Assembly (NCBI RefSeq): GCF_032191835.1
Contig: NC_083223.1
Span: forward strand, 84,072,001-84,136,000
DNA length: 64,000 nt
Reading direction: 5' to 3'
Source of the DNA: Heteronotia binoei
Lineage: Eukaryota
Position 1 is the first letter of the stretch. Every line of letters begins with the position of its first letter. The position numbers and the translations under genes are program-made. Below the pieces are notes generated by a model. The model searched no databases and had not been told where the DNA came from. It worked only from the letters and a program-made list of their open reading frames with translations. Shown here piece after piece: positions 49,086 through 62,956 of the stretch.

Positions 49086-50221
49086 CAGGGCTGGATTAAC
49101 AATTAGGCAAATAAGGCACTTGCTTATGGGCCCCCATGCCTCTATGGGCCCTGGGCCAGCTTTCCCCCCACCCCAGTTTCCCCCTGCGGCTAGTTTGCCT
49201 CTTCCTCCGTTGGCCCCTTTCCCTCAGTTTACGTGCCTCGCTTCCTCCCCATAGCTTTCCCCTTCATCCATCCACTCTCCCTGTCGCTTAGTCTGCTTCC
49301 CTCTTCACCGGACCCCTCCCCATTGTTTCCCCGTAGCCAGAAATTTCTGGGTGGGGGGGCCCAGGACATAAAATTTTGGGTGGGGGTGTGTGGAGGCTTG
49401 GTTACTTTTTCCAGCGGCCAACTGCCTGGCCCCAGCTCACTTGCTCTTACGCTCTTGAGGGTGGGAAGAGCCTGGGGGGAGCAGCAGCAGTGAAAATGGG
49501 GCCACGGAGAGAGAAGGGGAAGCAGGGAAGAACCCGGGGAGAGCGGCAGCGGAGAAAATGGGGCTGTGGGGAGACCGGGGGAGAAGCAGGGAAGAGCCTG
49601 GGGAGAGTAGCAGTGGGGAAAATGGGGCAGCAGGGAGAATTGGGGAGGCAGGGAACAGGCCGGGGAGAGCGGCAGTGGCGAAAACGGGGCTGCGGAGAGA
49701 CCAGGGGAGGCAGGAATGGGGTGGGAAGAGCTTGGGGAGATCGGCGGTGCGAAAATAGGGGAATGCCTTTTTAGCCACCAGTTCCTGCCAGCTGACACAG
49801 GAGCCCCATGGTGCAGTGTTAAAGCTGCAGTACTGCAATCCTATGCTCTGCTCATGACCTGAGTTTGATCCCTGGCAGAAGCTGGGTTTTCAGGTTGCCG
49901 GCTTGAGGTTGACTCAGCCTTCCATCCTTCTGAGGTCCGTAAAATGAGTACTCAGCTTGCTGGGAGGAAAGTGTAGATGACTGGGGAAGGCAATGGCAAA
50001 CCACTCCATAAAAAGTCTGCCGTGAAAACGTTGTGAAAGCAACGTCACCCCAGAGTTGGAAACTACTGGTGCTTGCACAGGAGACCTTTCCTTCCTTTTC
50101 CTGCCAGCTGCAGAAGGAGGTGCAGGCAGTTGGGCGGGTGCTCCAATTTGGAGATAATTTGTGAGGGGGCCCCCAAGATTTCGACTGCCTAGGGGCCTCC
50201 ACAGGGTTTAATCTGGCCCTG
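49086..50221. mobile_element. Non-autonomous hAT element with a short purine-rich repeat and a nested Sauria SINE
   Basis: TIRs CAGGGCTGGATTAA / TTAATCTGGCCCTG; TSD TCCTGCTG vs CCCTGCTG (7/8). Confidence 0.8.
49795..50097 (+). mobile_element. Sauria SINE nested in the hAT element
   Basis: Same body as 4365-4661; 13-bp TSD TTCCTGCCAGCTG (49782-49794, 50098-50110). Confidence 0.9.
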
Positions 50222-50419
50222 CCCTGCTGGAAATGGACAGGAGTGTGACTGTTGATTCTCCTTGCCCTCTCAATGGCTTTCCATACAATCAATCAAGGCA
50301 TCCTTCTGGACCACCTTTCCAGGTTGGGGTTGGGAGGCATGGTTTGCAGTGGTTTTGGTCCCATCTGGAAAGTAGGTTTCAAAAGTTGGTACTGGGAGGC
50401 TGCTCAGCCCCTTAGCCTG

Positions 50420-50880
50420 TGATTACACTATGCTCTTTAACATCCACATGAAAGTGCTGGTCAAGGCCATCATGACATTAGGGCTGGGCTATCATCAATA
50501 TGCAGATGGCATAAGGTATATCTTGTGCTTTAGAAACCCTGAACAGGTACCTTTAGAAACCCTGAACAGGTACCTAGAGACAGTTTTGTAATGGATGTGA
50601 GCTAATAAACTAAGCTTAATCCTAACAAGATGGAAGTGCTACTGATGAGTGGGAGGTCTTACTTGGAATTTAAGGTGTCAACCATTCTGGATGGTATTAC
50701 ACTTCCCTTGAAGAAAGAGGTCTGCGGGTGGCTTTGCATCTGGTCCTACTGCTGAATAAGTAGATGGCAGCTGTGGCCAGAAGTGCTGTTTATCGGCTTT
50801 TACTGGTTAGCCAGCTGCTGACTTCTCTAGGCCGAAAAGATCTGGTCATTGTGATGCATGCCCTGTTTACATCTAGATTA
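50420..50880 (+). mobile_element. L2 LINE RT fragment with a 23-bp tandem duplication (50528-50573)
   Basis: HQYAD, KLNPNK-EV, DLVIVMHALFTSRL motifs; ctttagaaaccctgaacaggtac twice. Confidence 0.7.
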
Positions 50881-51404
50881 CAGAATCATAGAGTTGGGAG
50901 GGGCCTTGGGTCATCTAGTCCAACCCCCTGCACAATCATGCAACCCTTCCTACCCTCCTTCTTATGATCTGCCTAAGTTCACAGAATCAGTATTGCTGTC
51001 AGATGGTCATATAGCCTCTGTTTAAAAACCTCCAAAGGAGAGTCCACCATCTTCCATTAAATTCTGTGGGGAGTACTATCATCTTTGTGGGTAAACTTCA
51101 AACACACGGAACTTCACACAGCATTCCACTGCACTTCCTGCACTGAATGCATTAGTACTGGTGAATGCTCCACTGTAGATATGGAGAGGGAGTGCCAGGT
51201 GAGTGTATGGATGACAATGGATTAACAAGAAAAGTACTCAGGGCAGTCTGGAAAAGAACCTTTTTCACTGAGCACTGACTATTGCTACTGCTACCAATTA
51301 AATCACTATCCCCATGTCCATCCAAAAGAATGGACAATCAAGTGGAGATACTCACAAAGGTAGAACTGTTCTCTTTGTGTCATGGAGATCTCAAATAGGG
51401 TCTA

Positions 51405-51971
51405 CAGGGTGTCAAACATGCAGCCCAGGGGCTGAATCAGGCCCCAAGCAACTGGCTGTCATCTGCTTCCTTCTCCTCTCTCTTGCTTCCTTCTCCAAAA
51501 CAGCTTGCTTTGCAAGGCTTGCTCAATCACACAGGAGCTACAGAGCAAAGTCTCTATTTTCTCCATTGGCTGAGGCTCCTCCCTTGGGGAGGAAGAGCTT
51601 GCTTCGCCAGGCTCTCTCAATTGCACAGCAGAGTTACTGAGCCAAGCCTGTTTTCCTTCTATGGCTGAAGCTCCTCCTCTTCCTGGTCCCCTGGGAAGAA
51701 CCCAGAGCTTCCTTTGCCCAGCTCCCTGAATCCCATGAAAGAGATACAAAGAAAACACCTTTAAGACCAATGAGGGCTAACGTTTTAAACGTTTTATTTT
51801 AAGGGTTTTTTTAAAAAAAATCTGTGTTTGTCTGTGTTCTTTATGAAGTTTATAACTCTCCTACCTAATCTTAAATAGGTACACACCCAGCCCGTCCCGA
51901 CATGGCTCGGCTTAACAAGGTCTCATTTATGCCAGATCCAGCCCTCAAAACAAATCAGTTTGACACCCCTG
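51405..51971. mobile_element. hAT-Charlie-like MITE
   Basis: Termini CAGGGTGTCAAAC / GTTTGACACCCCTG; GTCTA flanks both ends (partial TSD). Confidence 0.7.
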
Positions 51972-52814
51972 GTCTACAACAACCACAATAACCACTTGGA
52001 AACCAGTTCTTCCTATGCGGTAGATGGTGTTGCCCACCTATGCCCCTACACCTTTTTTTAAAGTGCAATATAGATAGGTATATCTACATGTGTGACACTT
52101 CAAGCATGAAAATGGCAAAGCTATGTATGTTAATTTTTATACCTGTTAAAGACACCCCTATATGGTCACAATTCTTTCCACAATAGATACTGCAGTAGTG
52201 TGCATAATTTTCAACTAATTCTCAACTACCCTTCCCCAATTACTTATGCCATCCATCCAGATTTATCTTTCCTCCTCCAGCTCAGGCAGCTTACATAGTT
52301 CTCCCCCTTTCAGCATCATCCAAATAAACCTCTGAGGTAGGTTAGGCAGACCAGTTCTAGGCATGCTATGAGTTCCAGAGCCAAGTGGGGATTTGACTCT
52401 GAGTCTCTCTAGTCCTAGTTCAACATTATAACCACTATAATGTATTTGCTGTCTCCTTGAGATCTCTTCAGATGGAAAGGGGGCAATGGGTTTTCTATCA
52501 AACACACAAACAGTGCTGAGAATCTGCATACTTTGCTACTAGGTCACTAATAAGTCACAGTTTTCCTTAGCACTCACCCAGGTCAATAGTGGAATGATAA
52601 ACGGAACACTGTTGCCCTTCTGAAGGAAAGATGTGAGGAAACAAAGAGTTTTTCTGGAAAAATAACCCAAAATAGCAATCAGCTAAATTGACAGGCATGG
52701 ATAGGTGTTATGAAGGAGGCTATGTAGTTTCAAACTGGATTTTGAAAAGGAATAGGCACTAGAGATCATATGGCAAATTTACATTAGTTACTGGAGCATA
52801 CAAGAGAATTTCAG

Positions 52815-53895
52815 AAGAAAATCAGCTTGCATTTCATAGATTACAGCAAAGCTTTTGACTTTGAGGATCATGGAAAGTTATGGTTGGTTTTAAAATAAAT
52901 GGGTGTGCCACAACATCTGATTGTTTTGATGCACAACCTGTACTCTGGATTAAGAGCCTTCTGTTAGGACAAAATATAGAGAAACATAATGGTTTCCAGT
53001 TGGCAAGGTTCAGGCAAGGGTGTATTTTATCTCCCTATCTCTTCAATCTGTATGGAGAACTTATCATAAGGAAAGCTGGATTTAGGTGAAAGTGGCGTGA
53101 AAACTGGTGGAAGGAACATTAACAATTTGAGAAATGCAGATGATGCCATATTACTGGCAGAAAATAGTGAAGGCCTGAAACGATGAAGGTTAAAGCAGAA
53201 AGCACAAAAGCAAGACTATACCTGAATATCAAGATGACAAATACAATGACTACTGGGGAATTACGCAACTTTAAGGTGGACAATGAAGACCCTGAAATTG
53301 TTCAAAATTCTCTAATCCTTGGCTCCATCATCAGCCAAAAGGGAGACATCAACCAAGAAACCAGAAGATTTGAGACTGGGGAAGGCAGCCATGAAGGAGC
53401 TAGAAAAGATTCTTTAGTGTAAGGATGTGTCACTAGTGACCAAGATCAAGGTAATTCATGCCATAATGTTTCCCATTACTATGTAGGAGTGTGAAAGTTG
53501 GGCAATGATGAAAGCTGACAGAGAAAGGTGATTCATTTGAAATGTGGTGCTGCAGGGGAGTTTTATGGATACTGTGGACTGCCAAAAAGACAAATCTGGG
53601 TTCTAGATCAAAGTAAACTTGAACTCTCCTGGGAAACTAAAATGACTAAACTGAGGCTATCATACACTTTGGTCATATTATGAGAAGACTGGAAAAGACA
53701 ATACTATGAAAAGTTGAAGGCAGCTTGAAAAGAGGAAGACCCAACATGAGATGGACTGACTCAATCAAGGAAGCTGCAGCCCTCCATTTGCAAGACCTGA
53801 GCAAGTCTATTATGATAGCACATCTTGGAGGTTATTAATGCATAAGGTCACCATAAGTCAGAAGCAACTTAATAGCACTTAACACACACACACAC
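52815..53895 (+). mobile_element. BovB (RTE) RT/3' fragment, decayed
   Basis: FIDYSKAFD, RQGCILSPYLFNLY, GRNINNLR-ADD motifs with frameshifts; (ca)n tail. Confidence 0.88.
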
Positions 53896-54199
53896 AAACA
53901 CAACTTCTAGTTTATTCTCAGTAAAATTGTCCATAAAGCAGAATGGCTTGTTGGGTTTACTCAGGGTAGGCCCAATACAGCCATTCAGCAAAATACAATA
54001 AATAGATGGGCATGTTTCAAATTCAGAAGCTGACATCATAAAAAGGATGAAACTAGTACATTTTGAAAATTAAATATTAATGTCCACTATCAAAAACTGA
54101 TCACTCCTCTGAACCTCACTCAGTCAGGATAGTTTCAAGAATTGGTCACAATGTTTTAGTGCCCATGAGATGAATTTTGCCGCTGTTTCTAAAGTCCTC

Positions 54200-54430
54200 T
54201 TGTCAGACATCAAAAGGAGGTTTAAATAGATGAGAATTCACAGAATGGGCTGGATAGGTAGCCATAAGCAGACCTAACATGATTGCTCTGCATACATTAC
54301 ATACATGTGTAACGGGTTCAACAACCTGAACTCCACAGGGACATAACCTCTGCTCATGTGGGATTCCCTGAAATCTACCATTTAGCTTTGCTAAATGGAG
54401 TGTGTTAAAATGAGCTAAGGAGAACAATTT
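54200..54430 (-). mobile_element. Non-LTR retrotransposon C-terminal Cys/His fragment (clade uncertain)
   Basis: GRFQGIPHEQRLCPCG...VE.V.HV.C motif. Confidence 0.6.
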
Positions 54431-57120
54431 ACATAAAGCCAGAACTGTAAGATAGGATAAAGATGTACTTTAGGAAAACAGAACTGAAGACACAAAATCC
54501 AAATAAACAGGTAGGCAAATTAACTTGGCATTGGAAAGGAGCATTTGCCAGTCCAGCTCCTATTGCAGAGGCCTTGTTTAATCCCAGCTCCAATAAACAG
54601 GTCATAGAGAACCCTATTTCAGCAAGTTTCTTGTTTATACCCTGGCTCCAAGGTCAGACTGAAGCCAGCTCACCATAGTAGAAGGAAGTCAGATTGAGAC
54701 AGCAAAAGTCAGAACTTGACTGAAAACTGCTGTGCAATCCACATGTTAAGATGGATTGATGCATACATCAACTACATGAATGAGGCCATGTGCCAGCCAC
54801 TCTGGTTGACTACTGCACTGCACATGTCTTGTTCTTCCCAGCTTCTTTTCCTGAAGGCCTGCAACCAGAGACTAAACAAAGAACTGAACACGGGGTAATA
54901 TGCCTATGCCGATCTTGTGGATTTTATACTGTGCAGTAATGCACTCTTTAATATAGATTTATACCATATAGGAATATGGTATGTTACTGGCCGGACTTCT
55001 GAAATACTACCAAATGTACAGTCCATTCCTTTTCTTTCTATATGTAAAGCCCTGCTTTGTGGAATAGGTGAAGTAGACAGTTTAAGATTCTTCTACTGCT
55101 GCCTTTCCCTTTCCATCTAAATTTACTGTTGCCAGAACACCCAAACTGTAGGATTTGCCTTGGAGATATATCCATCTTCCATAGGTTGGATCTAAATTCA
55201 TACCTCTTTTTCCATTACACTGGTGCTTCCCAGCAAACCAATATCCAGTTCATGATATTGACTCATCTGACCCAGGGATCAGTCTTTCTTAACCCTCTTC
55301 TTCAAAACATCTCATGGCAGAAAACACAAACTTACTTGTGCACATCATTCTATGGACTCTTGTGGCACCAAAGTGGGGTTTGTTTCCTATAAGTTTTACT
55401 TTTAACCTTTAAAATCACTAGGGCTATGGAGATGGTGGACTGTCTTCAGTCTTCCTTCCTTGTTAAGTCCCAATCAAAATATTTCCCTTCAATGAAACTG
55501 TTTGCAGGCTGCGCTTGGATTGCCAGAAGGTTTGAAGAATTATCTGAACAGAGCTACAGAACGAATGCAGATGTCAGTTGCTATTCTCCTGTGCATTGGT
55601 CTAAAGGACATTTTGATACCCAGTGGGCTTTTCCTGGAAACCTGTTTATGGACTGTGTTTGTAGGAATGAATCTGTGATAGCTGAGCTACTGTTGCATGT
55701 TGATTGGTGCCTTCCACTCCTGGTAATAAGCAGCATGTGTGACTGGTGGGTGGCAACAGAGTTGCTAAGGACTCTGTGGAGTTATGTTTGTTCCTCTTTG
55801 ATTCTTGCCTCTACAGCAATTACTATGCTTTACACTTTGTTGCTGAAAGAGTTAAGGAATCAGCCTCTTAGTATTGGGAGGAGTTAACTCTTACCTCCCC
55901 AAAATTAGAATGTAAGAATTACCTGAAGGACAAAGGAAAGCATTTGATTTAATTCTCTAGTCTTTGCTGATCTGATTCAAAAGCAGTACTACAAAATGTT
56001 GGTTCCAAAGGTCACACTCAGGAAAAAGAGCCTCCAAGCACATGTACTTGGGTGCTACTATTCAGTATCTGACATTAGACATACACTCATTTTCTTTTTA
56101 AAAAGATCTGCCAATTAAAAGTTTATTTTATGCTAACAAGTAGAATTTTGAGGCAAAAGTCAGTGATATCCAAATTATTTTACAGAGAGACAAAATTAAG
56201 GAGCATAGTTTTTCTCCTTGCAACATTTCACCTAGCAACCATAATCTGAATGCTGATGTTATGTCTTTTATGTATCTGTACTTCTGAAAAATACCACTTT
56301 AGATAGTGAAGTGAACATATCGATAATTGCAAATGAGAGTCTATGTATCTTCGCAGCTATATTTCCTAAACACAACTTTTGAAAAAATGGTCAGATTCAG
56401 AAAAGATTAATAGTAAGGAATAAAGCTGGTAATTAACCACTAAAGAAACAAAAAAAAAAATTAAGGTAAACTTTGGTTATCATCATATGGCTGGTTTGAG
56501 GTTAGATACTGGCAGCCACATGACTGCATGTGTAACTGACATCTAATAAATATTTCAAAAGGGTTATGTTAATGAAATTTACAGCCTGTTGTCATGCATA
56601 TTCAATTGGAATTAATTTCTAGCAAACTCAATTTTATTTATTTACATTATCTGTAAATTATTTGTGATATTTATCACTGACATTCAACGTGTGTTATACA
56701 ATGTAAAACAATGCAATCAACCGGATGATATATCTAATAAGCAATGAATAAAACCAGAACTGCAGATATTTGATATAAAGCTAGAACTGCTCCCAGATAA
56801 GCATGCAAGGGGCTGTAGGTTATGAAAATGACAAAATAATAAAAAAGCAAAAGCAAAACAGCAAACAATCATGATACAATGCTGAGATTTTTCTTGCTAA
56901 TGCAATATAGAGCTATGAAAGAAAACATTCAATTTCCCATCACACTTCCACAGATATTTCATGTATCTGGATTAGGAATGTTCAAGCACTTTACATTTTA
57001 TGGTACCCTATTTGAGTAGTTGGTACATCATGCAATCTACTTAGAAAGCTAAGAGTATCAATTAATGATGAAAACGTTGCTTAGAACATTTTATGAGTTA
57101 CAAAAAGGAGAAATTCTTAC

Positions 57121-57188
57121 CTGGTTGGATTCTGTTCCAGCAACGCTAAGGTCCTGAATGGATCTGCGCCTCTGTTGTCCGTTGCCCG
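57121..57188 (-). CDS. MAP3K7: MAP3K7 exon 13 equivalent
   Basis: 68 nt, tgtcag|...|gtaag; encodes (A)[22 protein letters not shown] (human [22 protein letters not shown]). Confidence 0.93.
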
Positions 57189-60100
57189 CTGACAAGGGAA
57201 GGGGAAAAAAATGCTGAAATGCAGTCAAACAAAGTAAGAAGGGTGCGACAGTTGTAGAAACAGCTTGGAATTTGTACGGATCCAGAGAAAGGGAGAGAGA
57301 GAGAAAGAGAGTTTGTATATGGGCAGGAGGGGGACAGCAGAGGGACAGCTGCAAAGTTTTAAGTAAAAAAAAAAAACCCACGCTGGCATGTCAACAGAAA
57401 GCGTATCCTAATACAATAACCACTCCTACACCATGAATAGCTTCTGCACTTTCCTTCACCATCTTCTGTCACATGCGCTTAATGCTTGGGGGCTGGCACT
57501 GATGACGACATCTATTTCAAGGAGGTTACGTTATGGGGATTTCTAGAGAAGGCTGCTAAGATAGGATACTGCTACTCTGTTCTTTATACTGATCCAGCAA
57601 TTTCTTGTTCTTTATACTGATCAACAAAATTAGTAATCAGCAGTACCATTTTTAAAAAGCCTTTCCTCTCTGTCTGTCACAGCAAACCCAGCTCCCAAAT
57701 AGTATTCAAGCAGTAATTTTCCTAATTTGTTGTAGAGGATCAAATAGACTTATCTGTCCCATTCTAACAAGAATTTTTTCTCTCAAGTTTAAAAATGATC
57801 AACCATTGATGAGATACATAAGAATAAAACACACATCTGTAAATGTTGCAGGTCAGTCAATCAAGAAACTTCCTACAAAAGACAACATGTTCGGTGTGTA
57901 TAATTCCTTAAAGTATTCTGTCACTACAAGGACTTTAAAAAAAAAATACTGGTTCTGGGAAGTCTGCTAAACTATCCAAGGGGAAACACCAACAAGTTAG
58001 GATTAACAGCTGACAAAATACTCAGAATTCTTGGTCTCTGAAGATTGCATTACATAGCTTAAAAAAATAAAAATAAAACCCAAGACCAGCAGTAGCACTT
58101 ACAGCAAGCACTCCAACAATGACAAGCACATGCATAAACTTCCCGGAGTCCCTCAGTTCATCATTCTGTGTTTGCACCCTGCACCTTCCTTTTGTTGAAT
58201 GCCTCAAATTCAGCTTAGAGTTTTTCAAGGCTTAGCAAAAGTGATCAACTGTTTTTACAGCATCAAGTCATTCTATTTTGTTCATATATTCAATGCAGTA
58301 GAAGTGAAAAAAGCTACGCAGTAAAAGGAGTGAATGGTCTTCTTGAACCAATTCTTCTGAACACTGTTTTGATAAACGTCATGGACTTGATCCAGCACAG
58401 TATTTCCATGAATGCAAAGTGCGACCTTCTCAGCTCTCCCACTCACTGCAGCCTGAAAATGCCATGTGAAATCCTACTCCTGAAGGAGACAGGGCCCCCC
58501 AAAGAATAAGTCTTTAGGGGGCATTTTGGGTTCTCACCAAAAAGTGGGGCTGGGCTCTTTGCATCCATAAAAATCATCATGCTGGATCCAACCCATTATC
58601 TTTCCTGGAGTTAAGCTATCAGAAGTAGTGTGTTCATTGACATTTTTACCAGTTTCTCATACATGTATTTATTAAGTTTTAAAAAGTACTTAAGGTAAAT
58701 AAGCAACTTTAAAGTTTTAAAAAGTAAACAACATTTGAGAAAATATTGAATTCTTTAGCTTGATTGCAAACTTCAACCAGACTCCCAAAGTATTGTTGCT
58801 GGAGGCAGGTTTTCAGGGACACAGTGGGCTGCAGCAGTAGCGGGGAAGTGTCCCAATTCAGTTCCTCTCTGCAAACTTTCCTCATGTTACTCTGGATCTA
58901 AGCCTCAGATTTGTGGCTGATATTTTGACATGCAACATGATTCAGAATTTCTGGCAATTCAAGATTTATTTACAAAGAACTGAGAGAGGCAAGTTCTCAG
59001 CTCCTAAAATCTCCCACAATGGTCTTGAAGAACTGTACAAATGATCTTTCAGTTGCTCTCAATACATGTAAAGCAATATGCAGCATAAGCTGTAAAGAAA
59101 CAGCATTATCTGTGAATCATCAAGATTTTTCATTGAATGCAATAATTTAGTGGTTCAAATCACAGCGACATCTATACTGCTGAATTTGCTCCCGGACTAG
59201 CAATTCAGAAAGGCCCTCAAGATGATCTACCCATGGCTGATATAACAATTATATACACATTTCATTCAACAGTTCTATTCTAAAATTAGCTCAGCTGAAA
59301 TAAACTTGCAAAAAATATCTGGAATACTCATTCTGATTTCAGATTAGCAACATTTGTGAATCTAAAGAACTCAGCACATGCATGGCCGAAATACTATATC
59401 ATGGTCATCTAAAAAGTTAAAACGATCAGTGTGGGATAGAGCTAAACATGAATTATTTCTCCCCCCACCCCATTCAGGAAGGTTATGCTCTGTAGCACTG
59501 CGGAGATCAAAATTTTTAAATTCAGAAACCTTCAAACCAGCAACACAAGGCAAAAGCAAGCTGTTAGGCTAACACATTTTTAGTGCTGTTCATTCTTGCA
59601 GGCATTTAGCAAGCAACTCAAATGCAGCCAAAGAAGCAGAATAAATACTTGTTGCTCCTGTATTAACATAGATACATGACTAGGAATCTGGCCATGGAAG
59701 TATACACTGTAAATGTTTTTTTTTTAAATACTATATTTTTAAAAAGTGCTTTAAAGGAAAAACATGGTATTTATATACTGGAGAATATCCTGCTGCACAA
59801 CTGATAACTAGTATGTACACATTTTCATAAAGTTCTAGTGATTGTGAAATACTGGGTAAAAACAGAGGAGAGGCAAATGCAAATAATCAAAATCATTGAC
59901 TCAAAAATGTGATGTGACACAAAGATCTTCACCACCGGAAAAATATAAAACAAGAATTAAATTAAACTGGAGTTCAGCAGCCTTCTAACATAAACCATGG
60001 CATTTTCAGGAAATATACTCCTAAAAAGTACTGACAGTTTCATAGGCGCTTCTTAGAAGGGTTTCAGAAGTTCTTAGATTGGCATCAGTCTGGAGTTTTT

Positions 60101-62750
60101 ATAGAGTCTGTTTTTATATTTGATGATTTTGTCTTCTAGTCAAGGTTTTAGATCTAGTGGTTTTATTTGTTTTAGCTTCTGTTACACAATTTGAGCCACA
60201 AATTGTTGAGTCCATAAATATTTAAAACAAATATGTCACACAAGGAAGCCAGAGAATAAGCTGCAATGAAATCAATGAGACCTATCTAAGCATCCTATTG
60301 AGATCAGATCTACCTCACTTTTTATGAACTGTGCCAAAGGGTAAGAAAAATCAGAAGTCACTTATGGAGGATCTTATTCTTGACACTCTTCAGAGCCTAG
60401 CAGTAGTACTGAATAAAGGCAAAGGTTCTTAAATCTTCTTATAAAATCTATCACAGTGGTAAATTGCTAATTAACATTCTTTTTAGATATATACAGAAAA
60501 TAAAAGCACTAGATCATCCAAGAAGTCCATGAAAAAAGGCATAACATGAGAACCGCCTGAAGCAACAATTTAAAGACACATAGAAACCTGCAACGGAATC
60601 TGAGTCTGTTGCTCTCAGGAATACTTCCCTTGTTATGTGAAGAAACATGAGATGGCTTTCTTATTTTTCTACGCTTTAACCAGTTAAAATGGAATGTGGA
60701 AACAGTTATACTAAGGGGTTACTTCCAAGGTAAAGACATGAACACTGCCAAAAGGCCATGTGAGGAATTTCATGCATGAGGCAGAATTTATGAGTTTTCA
60801 CTTTAAAAAATAATCCCTGTCTTGCTAGAAAAACTGCTCCTAAAATTCCAGAAATGGCATAAACACAAAACAAGAAAACCTCATGAGAAAGGAAGGAATC
60901 ACAAGTGTAAATTCTGGTGTGATCTCACACAAGACTTGTGAGTATCTGAAGTGGCATTTGGATTGTGGCCTAAGAGTTACAACATCATCCAAACCCATAA
61001 ATGGTCACAGGCCTTTTTTTAGCAGAACTTCAGCTGTTCAAATGTGTGCTCAACTCTGATGACTCAATACCGCCCAAGTCTAAGAACTTCATATTTTATT
61101 AGCATGCATCTGATGAGGTTGGCAAGAAATTATTACTAGCCAAAAGGTTTTCATTAGAACTGCTTTGGATGATAAGATAATAATTTTGTTCCTATAGATT
61201 TATCTATTCCATAGATCGCTTTTAATTGCACCACACATCAACTACGACATAATCTTAAAAAATGAGTTCGTATGACTTCTGGTTACTTCTAAATACCAAT
61301 AAATATTTAACCCACTTCTAAAATTTTAAACGGAAATTAATGCACTACCATTTGTGCACCATATAAAAACAACTGATACCCAGTGTAATATGTTAAGTAT
61401 TAAAATAACTACCAGTGCAGAGTTTCTATTACTATATGATTTTGTAATACAATCTGAGTAGCCTCTATTCATTACGTGACCTGGGAATTGTTTTGTACAA
61501 ACTCACAAACACAGCCAACACAATGAAATTCTCTGCTGTATGCACTTGTATATATTGGAAATATTAAGAGGGATACTATCTTGTTTTCCTACAGTGTATA
61601 AATTGTACTACATTGAGACTGGTAAACCAAGCCCTTTTAATCCCTCACCTTAGAAAAAGCTTTTAGCCATGCTAGGCCAGAAGTTAAAATGTCTGTCTCT
61701 TTCTCCAGGGCATTAGTCCAATGGCTAACCCAGCAGCAATACCCCCAAGGTCCTAGTGAGCATGCTGTACTTCCAACAGGGCTGTCAAACTCCCAGATCC
61801 CAGCCTTGATAAACCTACTTTCATTTATTCTCATGAACAGTGGAGAACTATGGCAAGATGCCTGTTTATGCCTGGGAAAGCCTTATTTTACAGACTTGAA
61901 CACATCAAGTACAATAGATAACTTGCCTTGCGCTTTATGCACATCTGAAATAGGATCAAATAATTTTTGCATCTCTAAGTATTTGCAAATCCCTACTCTC
62001 AGTTTGATCTGTAGTGTAAATATTATTTTAAATAAACTTGTTCAAGCCTAACAATATGCTCCTGGGAGTAACCCCACTGAATAGACTTCAGTAGGATTCT
62101 GAGTAGACTTGCTTAGGATTGCGCTGTTAGTTTAGTTTACAAAATGTGCGCTATTACTACAGCACTCTTAAAGTGTTCAATAATTTCCTTTCAAAATCAC
62201 AAAATATTTAATTCTAATTAAAACATCCAGTTGTCAGATGCATTGCTATAATTCCTCTTTAGTCAATCCTGACAACTGTCATAGAACTAGTTAAAAACCT
62301 AGATATTAAATTTTTTTGTTGCATTTATGCTAACCATATTTTTACCTGGAGGGACTTGACAGTTGGAAGTAACTGAATCAATATATCAAACTTTTAGTAT
62401 CTGCAAACTAGATATTTAGTTTAAATAGTATTTGCATACACGAACTTCCTCAGCAAATGTAAAAACTGCATACACAGACTTGCTTTTCTTTAGGGAAAAA
62501 ACTTCTGCAGTAAGACAACAATGCTACTTTCACATGAAAAGACTGAACTAGTATTTTCTACACTGAAAAAGAAGCCAGTCTTACTAGATGCTTCTGTTTG
62601 TTAGGATTCTGGAGATCTGGAACAAAACATTTTCTCATTCTTCCAACAAGCCAATGCCAAATAGCAAAATTATTTCATCAACAGGAGCAAGAAGTATTTA
62701 AACATCTGATCATTATTCCAGCATGGACCCACTTAGTCGGTCTGTGATAC

Positions 62751-62831
62751 CTGGTATGATGATCTGTGGGACATCCAGAATGGTGCCAAATGAAGCAGTT
62801 TTACGATGGCCTCGTTTGGGTTTGGAAAAGG
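62751..62831 (-). CDS. MAP3K7: MAP3K7/TAK1 exon equivalent to human alternative (cassette) exon 12
   Basis: 81 nt between ttttcag| and |gtatc; encodes (A)[26 protein letters not shown], matching the TAK1 exon-12 peptide [27 protein letters not shown]; phase 1/1. Confidence 0.96.
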
Positions 62832-62859
62832 CTGAAAAAACACACACACATACAATACA

Positions 62860-62956
62860 CATGCAAACAACTACAACAGCAACGCAGAAATTATTCAGAA
62901 CTGCACTTCTTAACTTCATTTGGTTAAACCACAGTACATGCAAAACAAGTCATGCA
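62860..62956 (-). promoter_or_regulatory. Three UGCAUG (RBFOX) splicing elements upstream of MAP3K7 exon 12
   Basis: Plus-strand catgca at 62860-62865, 62937-62942 and 62951-62956 (TGCATG on the transcript), within about 125 nt of the 3' splice site. Confidence 0.75.

Noticed and set aside
55426-55887. 153-aa ORF in MAP3K7 intron 13
   Set aside because: No known motif or splice support; probably the antisense of a decayed LINE.
61105-61135. CTGATGAG as a hammerhead ribozyme core
   Set aside because: No flanking stems or GAAA partner at the right spacing.
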